DNA from: Mobula hypostoma
Lineage: Eukaryota
Direction of reading: 5' to 3'
Assembly (NCBI RefSeq): GCF_963921235.1
Contig: NC_086097.1
Span: 125,614,001 to 125,678,000 of the forward strand
DNA: 64,000 nucleotides
Part shown: positions 25,351-37,414 of the stretch, one piece after another
How positions within the stretch are numbered: position 1 is the stretch's first letter
How the letters are laid out: each line of letters starts with the position of its first letter
Position numbers and translations under genes: made by a program
Notes under the pieces: generated by a model
What the model was told of the DNA's origin: nothing
Database searches by the model: none
Seen by the model: only the letters and a program-made list of their open reading frames with translations

Positions 25351-28300
25351 TATATTGAAGCAACGCTGTACAGGTTGCATGGTGGATATAAATGAACATT
25401 TGTAAGACATGTTCCCAATCGAGCTAATAGGCTTACTTCTGGAAGATAATAGCCAGTGAACTAATTTTCCCACCCTATTGAATTGGAATTGGCATATGAC
25501 TAACTAATTGGATAAGAGCCTCCAGTCACTTAAAAGCAACATAATGTAGTTATGTCACTTTGATCCCAAATCAGTTTAATCTGGTTTCAGAAGACAAATA
25601 AAGGTTAGTGGAAAGGCAAGTTCATGCCAAGTTCCTGATTTACCATCTGACATCACTCCCAGCCTTAACCCCGCCCACTTGCTGAAACTCTGACCAACAG
25701 TGCCCATTACCTCGAAGTTTGAGAAACAAACTGGATTCTGGTCACTTTCAGATCAGCCCTTCTTAAAGTTCAATTCCAAGATCCAGCATCAAGTCAGCAA
25801 CTCCCCAAGTCAAGTGAAACAGGGTCCCTGGCCTGGGATTTACAGTCAAAGTCAAACAGATGAGGAGGAATTCCTTTAGCCAGAGGGTGATGAATCCATG
25901 AATTTCATTGCCACTGGTGGCTGTGGAGGCCAGGTTACTGGGTATATTTAAAGGAGGTTGATAGGTTCTTGATGAATAAGGGTGTCAAAAGTTATGGGGA
26001 AAAGGCAGGAGAATGGGATTGAGAGGGATAATAAGTCATCCATGATGGAATGGCAGAGCAAACTTGATGGGCTGAATGGCCTGATTCTGCTCCTGTGTCT
26101 TATGGTCTTAGTAAATTTATTATCAAAGTACGTATATGCCACCCGATACAACCATGAGATGGATTTGATTTGATTCCAAGATACAGCACAGTATTAGGCC
26201 CATCTGGCCCAACGAGGTCGCACCGCCCAATTACACCCATGTGACCAAACCCACACGGTTACGGGAGAACGCACAAACTCTCTACAGGCGACAGCACAAA
26301 ATGAAGCCGGGCTGTTGACTCTGTAATAACCGCTAGGCTACCGTGCAATACAACAGAACTGATGAAAAACTACACATAAACACAGACATACAAACAAGCA
26401 ATGTGCAAAAGAAGACAAACCGAGCAAGTAAAAATTAAATTAACAATAGTGAGAACATGGATTGTTGAGCCCATGAAAGTGAATCTGCGGGCTGTGGAAT
26501 AGTTCAGTTGCAGTGGGTTTTCTGAGAAGTTTCCAGCTACAACAGCTGGTTCTTAACTAGCCAAAGGAAAGATTCAGCCCAGTTTACTGACTCCAGGGTG
26601 ACCAGACTGCTTATTTTGGGAATCTGGGAGCTTCTTCCTGTGTACTGATTCTGCACAGCAACATGAGGGAATTCTTCTGAGTTACACAGCCTCTTCCTTT
26701 CTGCTTCAATGCACGCACAGCACTGTGCCCTCTGATCAGAATCAGGTTTAATAACACTGACATACGTTGTGAAAATTGTTGTTTTGCAGCAGCAGTTACA
26801 GAGCAATACATTAAAAAAAAACTATGAGATATATTATGAATTGGTATATTTATAGCAGAGATTGATACAGTATATTCTTGTTTAGTAAGGGTCTTGAAGT
26901 TTATGGGGAGAAGGTAGGAAAATGGGATTCAGAGGCATAATAAATCAGCCATGGTGGATTGGTGCAGCAACTCGATGGGCTGAACAGTCTAATTCTTTTC
27001 CTGTCTTATGATCTTATGGTCTAAATTACAATAAGAAATATATATTTTAAAAATTATATATATATAAGTAGTGCAAAAAAAGCAAAAATACTGGGGTAGT
27101 GTTCATGGGTTTAGTGACTGTTCTGAAATCTGATGGCAGAGGCGAAGAAGTTGTTCCTTAAAATGGTGAATGTGTGTCTTTAGGCTCCTGTACCTCCTAC
27201 CTGATGGTTGCAATGAGAAGAGAACATGATTATCTACAATATCAATAGTGTTGTAGGATGTGCTTCTGACCGTTAAAATATAAATGAGTCCAGCTGGAGA
27301 AAGTTTAAAAAAAGCACAAAGATGTTAATTTGGCCTCAGTTGCTGTTGCAGATACACTGTGACCAGCACAAAGTGGAAGTGTGAGCAACTCCCTTCAGCG
27401 CTGTCTCCCGGCCAAGTGGCAGCGTCCAGCCACTTCCTGCAACTGCATTGTGCTCGAGGTGCACAGCAACTACATGACCAGAACCGGTTATGAAGATAGA
27501 CTTACCGAGTTCACGGCACATACCTGTGAGATTTTGCAGCTTCCAACATTTTTTGTGGTGGTGGAGGCAAGTACGATGGAAGCGTTCAAGGTGCCCTTAG
27601 ATAGGCATTCTGGAGGCTCCTAGAGAGGCTTGTGAATGTGCAGGGAATGGACGGATATGAGCAGAAGAGATTAGTTATGCTGGGCATTTGAGTACTAATT
27701 TAATTAGTACAGCACAATTTATGGGCCGAAAGGCCTGTTCCTGTACTGTACCGTTCTAACGTTCCACGTTCCATAGTCCAACAGTGAAGGCAAAACAGGA
27801 AATCGGGTAAGTCCACCTACTAATTTCCATTCATAGTTCCTACAATTTTGTTAATCCATGCTTGTTGGATCCAAGTGAGGATCTGGATAACCTACCAATC
27901 AGCATCTACTTCCACAACCCCAAACCAGCCCATTCCACGGACAAAGCTGAAATACAGCCCATTCACAAAGACATTCATTATATTTTGTAGTAACTGTTGT
28001 TCAAACAGAAATAATAATCCAAATATCCCAAATAACATATCTGTCCATTTTCTTTAAAATGACCCAATAATTTTTTTTAAACTAGATCCTCAGCCAAATA
28101 ACTCTAACTAATGCATGGTACTTTTAAAAAACATTTTTTCCAATGTTATTTCTGGCAAATGTATAGCCAGCAAAGTATCTCACCACATTATCCTTCTGCC
28201 TGCGTTGCATACTTTTCCTTTGGCAGTCTACTGGGATTTGTGGTGTGCATTTTGTGAATGAAACACATTAAAGTTATCTTTTCAGCTGTGCCTCACTTAT

Positions 28301-28817
28301 TCCAAATGTTTGGACTCTCTCCTACTTGCTCCTTTCCAGTGCCTAACTATTACCAGGATATGCACGTCCTGTTCTTTAGGCTTCTTCCCAGGACAAAAAT
28401 AATTAATTCTAGAGGGCATCATATTAAGGTGATTGGAGGAGAGAATGGAGGGGGAGGGATGTCAGAGGTAAGTTTTGTACAGAGAGAGTTGTGGGTGCCT
28501 GGAATGTCCTGCCAGAATGGTGGATGAGGCAGATACATCAGAGGCAATTAAGAAACTCTTAGATAAGCACGTAGATGATAGAAAAATGAGGGTTATGTAG
28601 GAGGGAGGGGTTAAATTATTCTTAGGTTAAAAAGTCGGCATAACATCGTGGGCTGAAGGGCCTGTACTGTGCTGCAATGTTCTATGTTCTATATTCTAAC
28701 CTCTTTTACCTAATTAGATCAATTTGGTTACACAGGGCCCACTGGTTTTGGTTAGAATTCCAGCTTTCGCCCATCACTTCTGATTCCAGTTAACTCCCTG
28801 TCTTGTAAAGGGTTAAA

Positions 28818-29244
28818 TTAGGGGTAGAAGGCATAAGGAAATGGGCAGAGGCCCGAGGACTGGCACTGACACGTGATGAAGTCAAAACAACAGCAGTCCC
28901 ACATGCCAGCACGTGAAACCAAGGGGATGGCCAGTGTCCCCTGGGGAGGAATCTGGAGAGGTATGGGTGTGGGGAGGGGGTGGGGTGCAGGCTAGATTTG
29001 GCATGCAGACAACTTGAACTCCAGACCTTCAAGTTAAGGAGGGTCCCCCGATGTCCCAACATTTGGCAGTGTTTGACACCCCCCAAAAAGTAGAGAATGT
29101 GAATTCGAAGAATCATGAAGTTAGGGGTACAACAACCACCTGGCCGCCAGACAGAGGGGACTGGGCAGCACCTGGTGGGTGGAGCTTCTGGGAGAACAGG
29201 GAAGGTTGTGTCTGAACACTCAACCATTGATTAAAAGGGAGTGA
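28818..29244 (+). pseudogene. pol: Retroviral integrase remnant (Zn-binding N-terminus and C-terminus; catalytic core missing)
   Basis: LGVEGIRKWAEARGLALTRDEVKTT/(frameshift)SPTCQHVKPRG and GLGSTWWVELLGEQGRLCLNTQPLIKRE* resemble ERV-L/ERV-S integrase ends (recognised from memory). Confidence 0.65.
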
Positions 29245-29268
29245 TGGTGTGTTTCAAACATTGCAGAA

Positions 29269-30246
29269 ATGACCATGACATTTCTGCTGCTCCTTGCCAC
29301 AGTGACAACAGTGATCTCAACTAATACCTTTTTCAGAATGTCATCTGAACATTTTGAAGCGTTGGGTGTGTTCCTGGATTTCAATGTACTCAGGCAAGGG
29401 AGCACTAATCCTTGTCCCTCTGAATAACACCGAGTACTGGTCATGGAATGAATCCACTATGAACTTGTTATCCATGACTGTTGATGGGACTGTAAAACGG
29501 GCTCCATTTAAGGGATGGTATGTGCCGGCCTGTGATCAGAGAAAGACCAAAGTATCAACGTTGAATGTAATACCGTGATCCAGGAATACTTACCATTTCT
29601 GTTATGAGTGCGGGTTCCCATGGGAAATAACCCATGCACCTCTATGCGCCTTAATGGCACTATGGTGGGAAGGTCTGTTTCCCACGTTGAAAGGCACGTA
29701 CTGAGCGTGCGGCTCTCGGGCCTACCCTTAGCTCCCTACAAGCTGGTCTGGCTGCTGCTACCTGGGGTATGTTGTGCCGTACGTGTGTCACATTGATAAT
29801 CTGGCCAATACCCACCCCACAAGTCAAAACATCAGAATAGGGGTATCACAGAGGCCCACTGGTTCCGGATGATGCATTTCCCAAATGGTACTGACCAGTT
29901 ATCAAGGGAGGTCATCCTGATGGTGTCAGCCAGAAGAGAATGGCTTTGCATTATATCCTGGCAAAGAAAGGAGATGCCTTTACCATAAAAGACCAGGAGT
30001 GATGTACATACATCCCTGGTGAGTCAGAGAATATAACAGATTTGGCTGACCATATCCAATGGTCAGTAGAGAAGATATGTAATAATGGGGTATCAGTTCC
30101 ATAACTATTATACCCCAGGAGGGAGTTGGAGGCCCTTTGGAGCGCCAGGAGACTGGTGGGCTACTGTAGTGCACAAGGGTGCTACTGTAGCCATTTTGCT
30201 TTTATGCTTAGTAATATGGTGGGGTGTCCGCTGGGGTTTGTACTAA
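29269..30246 (+). pseudogene. env: Gamma-type retroviral envelope glycoprotein pseudogene
   Basis: Signal peptide MTMTFLLLLATVTTVIS; RWVC (decayed CWVC, 29360-29371); GTY*ACGSRAYP*LPTSWSGCCYLGYVVP; HQNR|GITEAHWF (cleavage site and fusion peptide-like); QKRMALHYILAKKGDAFTIKDQE*CTYIP (ISD with CX6CC spacing); TM ATVAILLLCLVIWW. Confidence 0.9.
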
Positions 30247-30293
30247 AGCCTGTGAGCCAGATGTAATGGGGTGGTGATATTTGAGGGGTGGAA

Positions 30294-30614
30294 TATATTT
30301 TAAAGGGTTAATCTTTATGCTTGTCAAATCTCTCACCTCCACTATGGCCATAAACGTAACAGAACTTTGCTTATTACTACTGGAATGCAACCAGGCCAAT
30401 GTAATGCTCCTGTTGGAATGCCCGTGGGGACATGGTGGGACTTGTGAAAGCACTGTGAATCCATGGAACGGGAATGTGCTGCAGTGAGAGGGGTCCGTGC
30501 ATGTGTAGATCAGTATTTTAGTGCTTCCTGTGTTCTGTCCTAATAAATGAAGTTTTGTCGTTCTAACTAGATAATTAGAATTTGTGTCCTTGTGCATTTT
30601 CTGTTGTAATGACA
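30294..30614 (+). repeat. 3' LTR of the ERV (321 bp)
   Basis: Begins directly after the PPT, has AATAAA at 30542-30547 and ends ...GTAATGACA. Confidence 0.75.
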
Positions 30615-32559
30615 CACCCCGCTCCCTACACATTTTCTATCATTATCCCTCTCTCATTAGTTCCCTCTTGTGGACCCAAAATCAGAATCATATGTCATAA
30701 ACTGTGTTGTTTTTTTGGCAGCAGTATATTAAATGCGCTATGAATTACAGTAAAAATATCTATTTTTACTTTTTCTTTAAGAGGTACAGCAGAGTAATAG
30801 GCTCTTCTGACCCAGTGAGTCCTCACTGCCTCATCACACCCACGTAACCAATTAACCTACTGACCCATAAGCATTGGAATGTGGGAGGAAACCAGAGTAT
30901 CTACAGGTCATGGGTCACGGGGAGAATATGCCAACTCCTTACACACAGCAGCGGGCAATGAACCAGCCACTGGTGCTGTAATAATGTTACGAGACTGTAC
31001 CACCCTGATTTGAAAGACACAATGGTGTCAGCTTCTTCACACAGAGGGTGGTGAATGTTTGGAATGAGCTGCCAGAAATAGCGGTTAGGGTATGCACATC
31101 AGCAACATTTAGAAGCCTTCTAGATAGATGCACAGACAGGGAAGGTTTAGTAGACCTTGGGCCAAACGTGGGCAGAAGGAACTAGCTCGTTGGGCAACAC
31201 TGGATAGGCTGAAGAGCCTGTCTCTATGCTGTGTGATTCTACGACCATGACATGCGCTCGTTACGGCTTTGGTCCTTGGCTGCTGTGACAGGACTGAACT
31301 GGTGCAAGGACCACGGATGGAGAAGGAAGCTTTTGTTCCCATATTAGCTTTATTTGTCACAGGTACATCAAAACGTACAGTGAAATGCGTTGTTTGCGTC
31401 AAATCAAATCAGCGAGGACTGTGCTGGGGCAGAACACAAGTGTTACCATACAACTGCCACCAACGTAACACGCCCATCACTCACTAACACTAACTCATAC
31501 GTCTTTGGACTGTAGTAGAAAACTGAAGTATCCAGAGGAAACCCACATGCTCACAGGGTTAAAAACTCCTTACAGGCAGTGGCAGGAATTGAACTCCAAT
31601 CCTAAGCCTGGCTCTGTAATCAAGTTTTACCAATGGCTACGCTACTATGCCACCCCAGTGCTAAATGTAGAAGATATCCACAGTTCATCCTCTACAAGGA
31701 TGAGGGTCTTGGGTGAGTTTCCTGGAAACACGGTGTTGCCCGCCTGGAAATTTTTCTCCTTGTAATCCCAAACCACCTCCACACTGAAGGAATGCAAACC
31801 ATTCCTTTGTGCCTTCACAAACAAGGTGGGACAGCGCCTCAACTTACTTACAAGTTTGCAGAGATTCAGCCTGTCACCCACAAAAGTGGTGCGAGAATGG
31901 AACAAGCTGTCAGGAGAAGTGTTAGATGCTGGTTTCGTCAGCATTTAAGAGAAGTTTGGATAAGTATGTAGATGGGAGCGGTATGGAGGGCTGTGGTGCA
32001 GGTTTTGATGGGACGAAGCAGAATAACAGCATGGACTAGATGGGCTGAAGGGCCAGTTTCTGTGCCATACTTCATTCTCTTTCGTTACCTCTTTCTATAT
32101 ATATATGAAAAGTTACTTAGTAAGACTGTTTCAACATCTCAGTGGCCATTTTCCCATTTCCCAATTGCCTGATGCTCAGCACGACGACGGCGCAGCAGAT
32201 AAAGGGTGAATGAAGTTCCCAGGCTGCCGTTGCCATTCTCGTGGAACTGAGTCACTGCAGCAGCAGGTGCTGGCAGCAATGCAGCAGATGATGTGACTTT
32301 CATTAAAAAGATGTGTATCGTTTCCAATTCAATTTACAAATTGAATTCTGAAGGCTTACTATATAAGGACAATTAGTTTCCAATTTATAAACCTATTTAA
32401 ACTGCTGAATGAGGAGGTGAGCAGAACTTGTCTGAAAATGTAAGTTCTCAGATCTCTGTGCCCTGAAGACAAGTGGTATAGAAATTCTGTTGTCAGCCTC
32501 AACAACATTAAACATGGAGCAGAGATGGGAGGCTTCAACAGGAAATGCCCTTGCCTATA

Positions 32560-32737
32560 ATAATAAAGGCATCCGTTAGTCTTGCGAGACCATGGATCTG
32601 CGCCTGGAAAGTCTTCACTCTCCAGGGCGCAGGGCTGGGCAAGGTTGTATGGAAGACCAGCAGTTGCCCATGCTGCACGTCTCCCCTCTCCACGACACTG
32701 ATGTTGTCCAAGGGGAGGGCATTAGGACCCATACAGC
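32560..32737 (-). mobile_element. 5'-truncated copy of the 23275-23581 SINE family
   Basis: Reverse complement of the SINE 3' half with a (TTA)n tail. TSD cccttgcctata (32548-32559 / 32738-32749). Confidence 0.88.
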
Positions 32738-34149
32738 CCCTTGCCTATATTTGACCTGAAAAGCACAAAACCCCGAGACACAGGAACAGAATCAGGCCAT
32801 TCAGACCATCATGCCTGCTCTGCCATTCCAACGTGGCTGATTTATTATCCTCTCAACGCCATTTTCCTGAACTGTTCCTGAACATGTACATCAGAGTAGA
32901 AAGGGTAAAGTGTCGCTCGCATAAGTCAAAGTAAATCAGCGAGGATTGTGCTCGGGGCAGGCCGCCAGTGTCACCAAGCTTTCGGCACTAACAGAGCCAG
33001 TCCACAACTCAGTAACCCTCACCTGGAAATATTTGGAATGTAGGAGGAAACCTACACGGTCACGGGGACAAACCTTTGAATTCCTTACAGACCAGGTGAT
33101 CACTTTGGAGTGTGGTAAAGCGATTGCGCTGATCACTACGTTACAATGTCGCCATTGGTGCAATGCCTGATCTTTCACCTCTGCCCTTTCCACCATACAG
33201 GGTCCCAAAGTAGCGAAGCCCTTATTCACTTAGCACTTCCAACCTGACGCACTGCTTTCTCACTCACAGCATGGTCTCTCCTACACCGGCAAAAACAGAT
33301 GCGGGTTGGGTGACCACTCTGCAAAGTTGACCATTCTGCAGGAGCAGCCATGAGTATCCAGTTACCCGCCACTCTAAGTATCCATCCCATAAGAGCAGAA
33401 TTTGGCAATTCAGACCATCGAGTCTGCACTGCCATTCTACCATGGCTGATGTATTATCCCTCTCAACTCCATTCTCCTGTCTTCTCCCCAGTACCTTCGA
33501 CGCCCTTACTAATTAAGATTCACTGTAAACATACCCAATGACATATTCTCCACAGCCACCTGTAGTAGTGAACTCTACAAATTCACCACCTTCTAGCTAA
33601 AGAAGTTCCTCCTCATCTCTGTTCTAAAGGGACATCCTTACATTCTGAGGCTGTGCCCTCTGGTCCTCGATACACCCACTACTGGGAAACATCATCTCAG
33701 CATCCCCGTCGCATGCTGACCTATCAGCACCATGCAAACAATGCCCAAGGCAAGTTTCAGTACAGTCAGCAGTCCACCCTGCTGGACTCAACAGTTTCAT
33801 GTAACTCACTTTCAGTTTGTATCCATTTTGCAGTAAGTTATCCATGTGTATGATTAACAGTTGTTCTCTCTATCAACAGTGCTTTAACTGCTGAATATTT
33901 ACTATGCTCTAAACTACATTATATAGCTTTTACAAGTTCCTTTACTAATCGCCTCTTTCTTTAAATCCTTTCAGTTACCTTGCAAACCTTCAAGCTTATA
34001 CTGACACCATCCTTGTCCTCATCCAATGGCAGATATTCCATTTGTCCTGTCCGTCCCTCCTCTTCCCCGCTGCAACTCAAAACTAGAATTCTTTTCTCTC
34101 TTTCATGGTTCTAAAACCTGAAACGTTTCTTCTATTTCTCTTCCCAGGT

Positions 34150-34735
34150 TCCTTAAAGTTGTTACAGCTGGGGGTGGTAATGGGGACAAGCTTCCACTAC
34201 CTATTAAATGCCCCAGTGGCATGCGGCTCAATTAGCCTCTGACAATCAAATCCAGTTCCTGGCCTTCATGTGTGACTTAGCTACTAAGCCTGGTGGAACC
34301 ATTTCTACTGACAGGAGAAGAGGCAAAGGTGGGTTATTGGCGCTTTAAAGCCAGTCGCTTCGGGCAGATGGGGCTCGTCAGCCATGGTTGGCAGCTCAGC
34401 TATGGGAAGGAAAACTCTGACCTCAAACCTCCGCTGCCTTGCGGCTGTACCCACTCATGGGGAAGGCTTCGGGAGTAAACCCCGAGGTAAAAATCTGGAG
34501 CTGGAGTCCCTGAGGCAGCCCTACATTGAGTTCAGTACTGACCGACAATTCCTGCGATGCTTCTGGTACCAAATTGTATCAGTTTCTGCCATTCACTTGG
34601 GTTTGCCAGATGTGCGGAGAGGGGAAGCTTACTACATGGGCAACAGCTTTCTCCCCATGTCGTACTGCCCAGGATTGCATAACTAGACAGCTAGGATACA
34701 AAATCCATGGTCAATTCAGACCAACAGAGGCCTCA
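34150..34735 (+). mobile_element. Probable RTE-leader-derived non-autonomous retroelement
   Basis: Contains 'gaaggaaaactctgacctcaaacctccgctgccttgcggc', which I recall from RTE 5' regions. No coding capacity. Confidence 0.4.
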
Positions 34736-35137
34736 AACATTTCACTTCCCACAGACACTGCGTGTTTCCAGCAATATTTTGTCTTTATTTCAGATTTCCA
34801 GCATCCAGTCAGGACAACCCTGGATTGAAAATTTGAAGAGGAACCTAGATAAATAAAAATGTGGAGAGCTACATAATAATAATGTAATTTATTATGAAAA
34901 TTAAGATTTGATGCATCACCCACCGCCATGATAACCCCTCTTCACGTTACTACAATCAAAAAGGAGGTCCAGGAGCCTGAGGAAACACACACTCAGTGTT
35001 GTAGGAACAGCTTCTTCCCCTCTGTGGTATTTTGTATGCATTGCACTGTACTGCTGCAGCAAAACAGCACATCTTTGCAACACATATCAACGATGATAAA
35101 CCCGACTCTAATGCTGACCTGCCACCGGGGGCTAGTC

Positions 35138-35683
35138 CAGAACCTCCGGGAGTTTCCCGCATATTAATAGTGGCTCCCTGATGCCCGCAAATTATATACA
35201 ATATCACGGAAATCAATTTTTTTGAGAGCGAGCGAGAGAAAAGCAAGAGAGAGCACGAGAGTGACCACGAGAGAGCGCGCGCGCGCGAGCGAGAGCAAAG
35301 GCAAGCGAGAGCAAGCGAGAGAGAAAGCAAGCGAGAGCACGCCATTGCAGAGTGTTCCAAAAATATACATAAAACGTACGTCACCCCAGTCTACACTAAA
35401 GTATACCCCTGCCTAATAGGGGTCAAAATAATGACAGTGTTGCTCACTGCACTGTTTGCAACAGTGACTTTTCTATTGCCCATGGTGGGTTAAGACTGTA
35501 AAAGATATGTTGAGGTGAGTTTAACAGGTGTCATTCGTTCATTAGCATAGCTAACATTATTTAAACTAGCTGGCCAGCTGCTAAGGAGCTACTCTATTGC
35601 AGACATCCCACCTCTCCCGGAAGTCTCCCGCAAATTGATAGTGCTACCTCCCTGAAATGAGTTTTTGCAGGGTGGGATGTCTG
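35138..35683. mobile_element. Non-autonomous DNA-transposon-like element with 6-bp TSD
   Basis: CAGA...TCTG termini; TSD ctagtc (35132-35137 / 35684-35689); terminal hairpin cagacatcccacc...ggtgggatgtctg. Confidence 0.7.
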
Positions 35684-36946
35684 CTAGTCACCTTCACAGG
35701 ACACACACAGTGGTCAAACTCTCAGCATACTTAGATCCACAGGTCTACAAGACATTTCTTCTATATCCATTTAAACTCCTTCACACTTTTGCCTTCTCCT
35801 CATCCCCCACAACATCCACTTTTTGAGCAGCTCCTATTTTATTGTAGTTACCTGGCTGGAACCAATCGCAGAAATGGGTGCATTTCAAAAGGTTTGGTGT
35901 CACAGTCTTTTTAAGACAATTAGGAATAAACTTCAATTTATAGCAGAAAGCAGAGGTCACAAGATAGCCAAAAGTTAGAAGCAAGGATGCAAAATCCATC
36001 TTTAAATATAATTCACAATTTATTTAGCCCAAAGCCTCTGGCAGGCCTCACCAGGCAAGTGCACCAGCTCATCTTTTTCCTCAGGAGGCTAAGGGAATTC
36101 AGCATGTCCCCTTTGACCCAAAACAATTTTTATCAGCGCACCAGAGTAATCATCTTTTCTGGATGCATCACTCTTGGTACGGTAACTGCTCTGCCCAAGA
36201 CGACAAGAAACTGCAGAGAGTTGCGATCACAACAGGAACCAGCCACCTGCCTACAGACTCTGCCTCAGTGAAGCAACTAGCATAATCAATCTCCCCACCC
36301 ACCCCACACACTCTCTCTTCTCCCCCCTCCCATCAGGCAGGAGATACAAAAGCCTGAAAGCACACACCACCAGGGTCGCCGACAGCTTCTACGTCACTAT
36401 TCTAAGACTATTAAGTGGCTCCCTAGTATGATAAGATGTACTCTGGGCCTCACGGTCTACACTATAATGATCTTGTGCCTTATTGCTTACCTGCACTGCA
36501 TTCTCCTTGAAGCTGTTTATTCTGTATTCTGTTATGTTTCACCTTATTCTCCCTCAAGGTGTAATGATATGATCTGTATGAACAATATGCAAGACAAGTT
36601 TTTCATTGTATCTTGGTACGTGTGACAATGATAAACCAATTCTATAATCAAAGGCCATTCCCCCCCCCAAATATTCTCTAGTCCCCGACCTCCTATCAGG
36701 CAGGAGATATAAAAGCCTGAAAGCACATGGCAACTTCCTAGCACTTTGACAAGAAAAGAATGGATCACTTGTATGATAGGCAACACACACAAAATGTTGG
36801 AGGAGTCAGCAGATCAGGTGGCAGCTGTAGAGATGAGTAGAGAGCCGACACTTCTTCCAAGACCCTTCAGGACTTTCAGGTCTCGGCTCAAAACATCGAC
36901 TATGTATTCATTTCCATAGATGTTGCTTCAATTGCTGAGTTCCTAC

Positions 36947-36958
36947 TGTGTGTGTGTG

Positions 36959-37010
<52 letters not shown>

Positions 37011-37160
37011 TGTGTGCATGCGTGCGTGCGTGTGTGTGTGTGTGCGTGTGTGTGTGCGTGCGTGCGTGCGTGTGTGTGTGTGTGTGTGCGTGTGTGCGTG
37101 CGTGTGTGTGTGTGTGTGTGCGTGTGTGTGTGCGTGCGTGTGTGTGTGCGTGTGTGTGTG
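36947..37160. repeat. Compound (TG)n/(TGCG)n microsatellite
   Basis: About 214 bp of alternating purine-pyrimidine, directly visible. Confidence 0.98.
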
Positions 37161-37414
37161 TTTTGCTTTGGATTTCCAACCTCTGCAGACTTCCTTGTGT
37201 TTATGACTTGTATGATAAGATGGTGTCTTGACCTCACAATATACCTCAACATAGCCTTGCACCTTCCTGCCTGCCTGCACTGAACTCTCTAACTCTAACA
37301 CTATATTCTGCATTCTGTTATAGTTTTATTTTTCTTGACACTGCCTCAATGCACTGGTGTGATGAGATGATCTGTATGGATGGCATGCTAAACAAAGTAG
37401 TCACTGGAGCCAAG

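Larger units (their letters stand above)
28799..30614 (+). mobile_element. Internally deleted endogenous retrovirus (class III-like pol remnant, gamma-type env, 3' LTR)
   Basis: TGTC...GACA termini; near-TSD ctccc (28794-28798) / caccc (30615-30619). The first 18 nt match the 3' LTR start at 15/18. PPT GAGGGGTGGAA at 30283-30293. Integrase and env motifs lie in retroviral order. Confidence 0.85.

Noticed and set aside
27500..27530. 18-nt minus-strand microexon (cacag|...|gtaagt)
   Set aside because: The acceptor lacks a pyrimidine tract and abuts a CR1 fragment.
30208..30633. 141-aa minus-strand ORF with an NTGS protease-like motif
   Set aside because: It is antisense to the ERV 3' LTR; the plus-strand PPT/LTR reading explains the region.
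34150..34400. HDV-like ribozyme in an RTE-like leader
   Set aside because: I could not build the nested double pseudoknot by eye; it needs a covariance-model search.
36900..37313. His/Thr- and Cys/Val-rich ORFs
   Set aside because: Translations of the (TG)n/(TGCG)n microsatellite.
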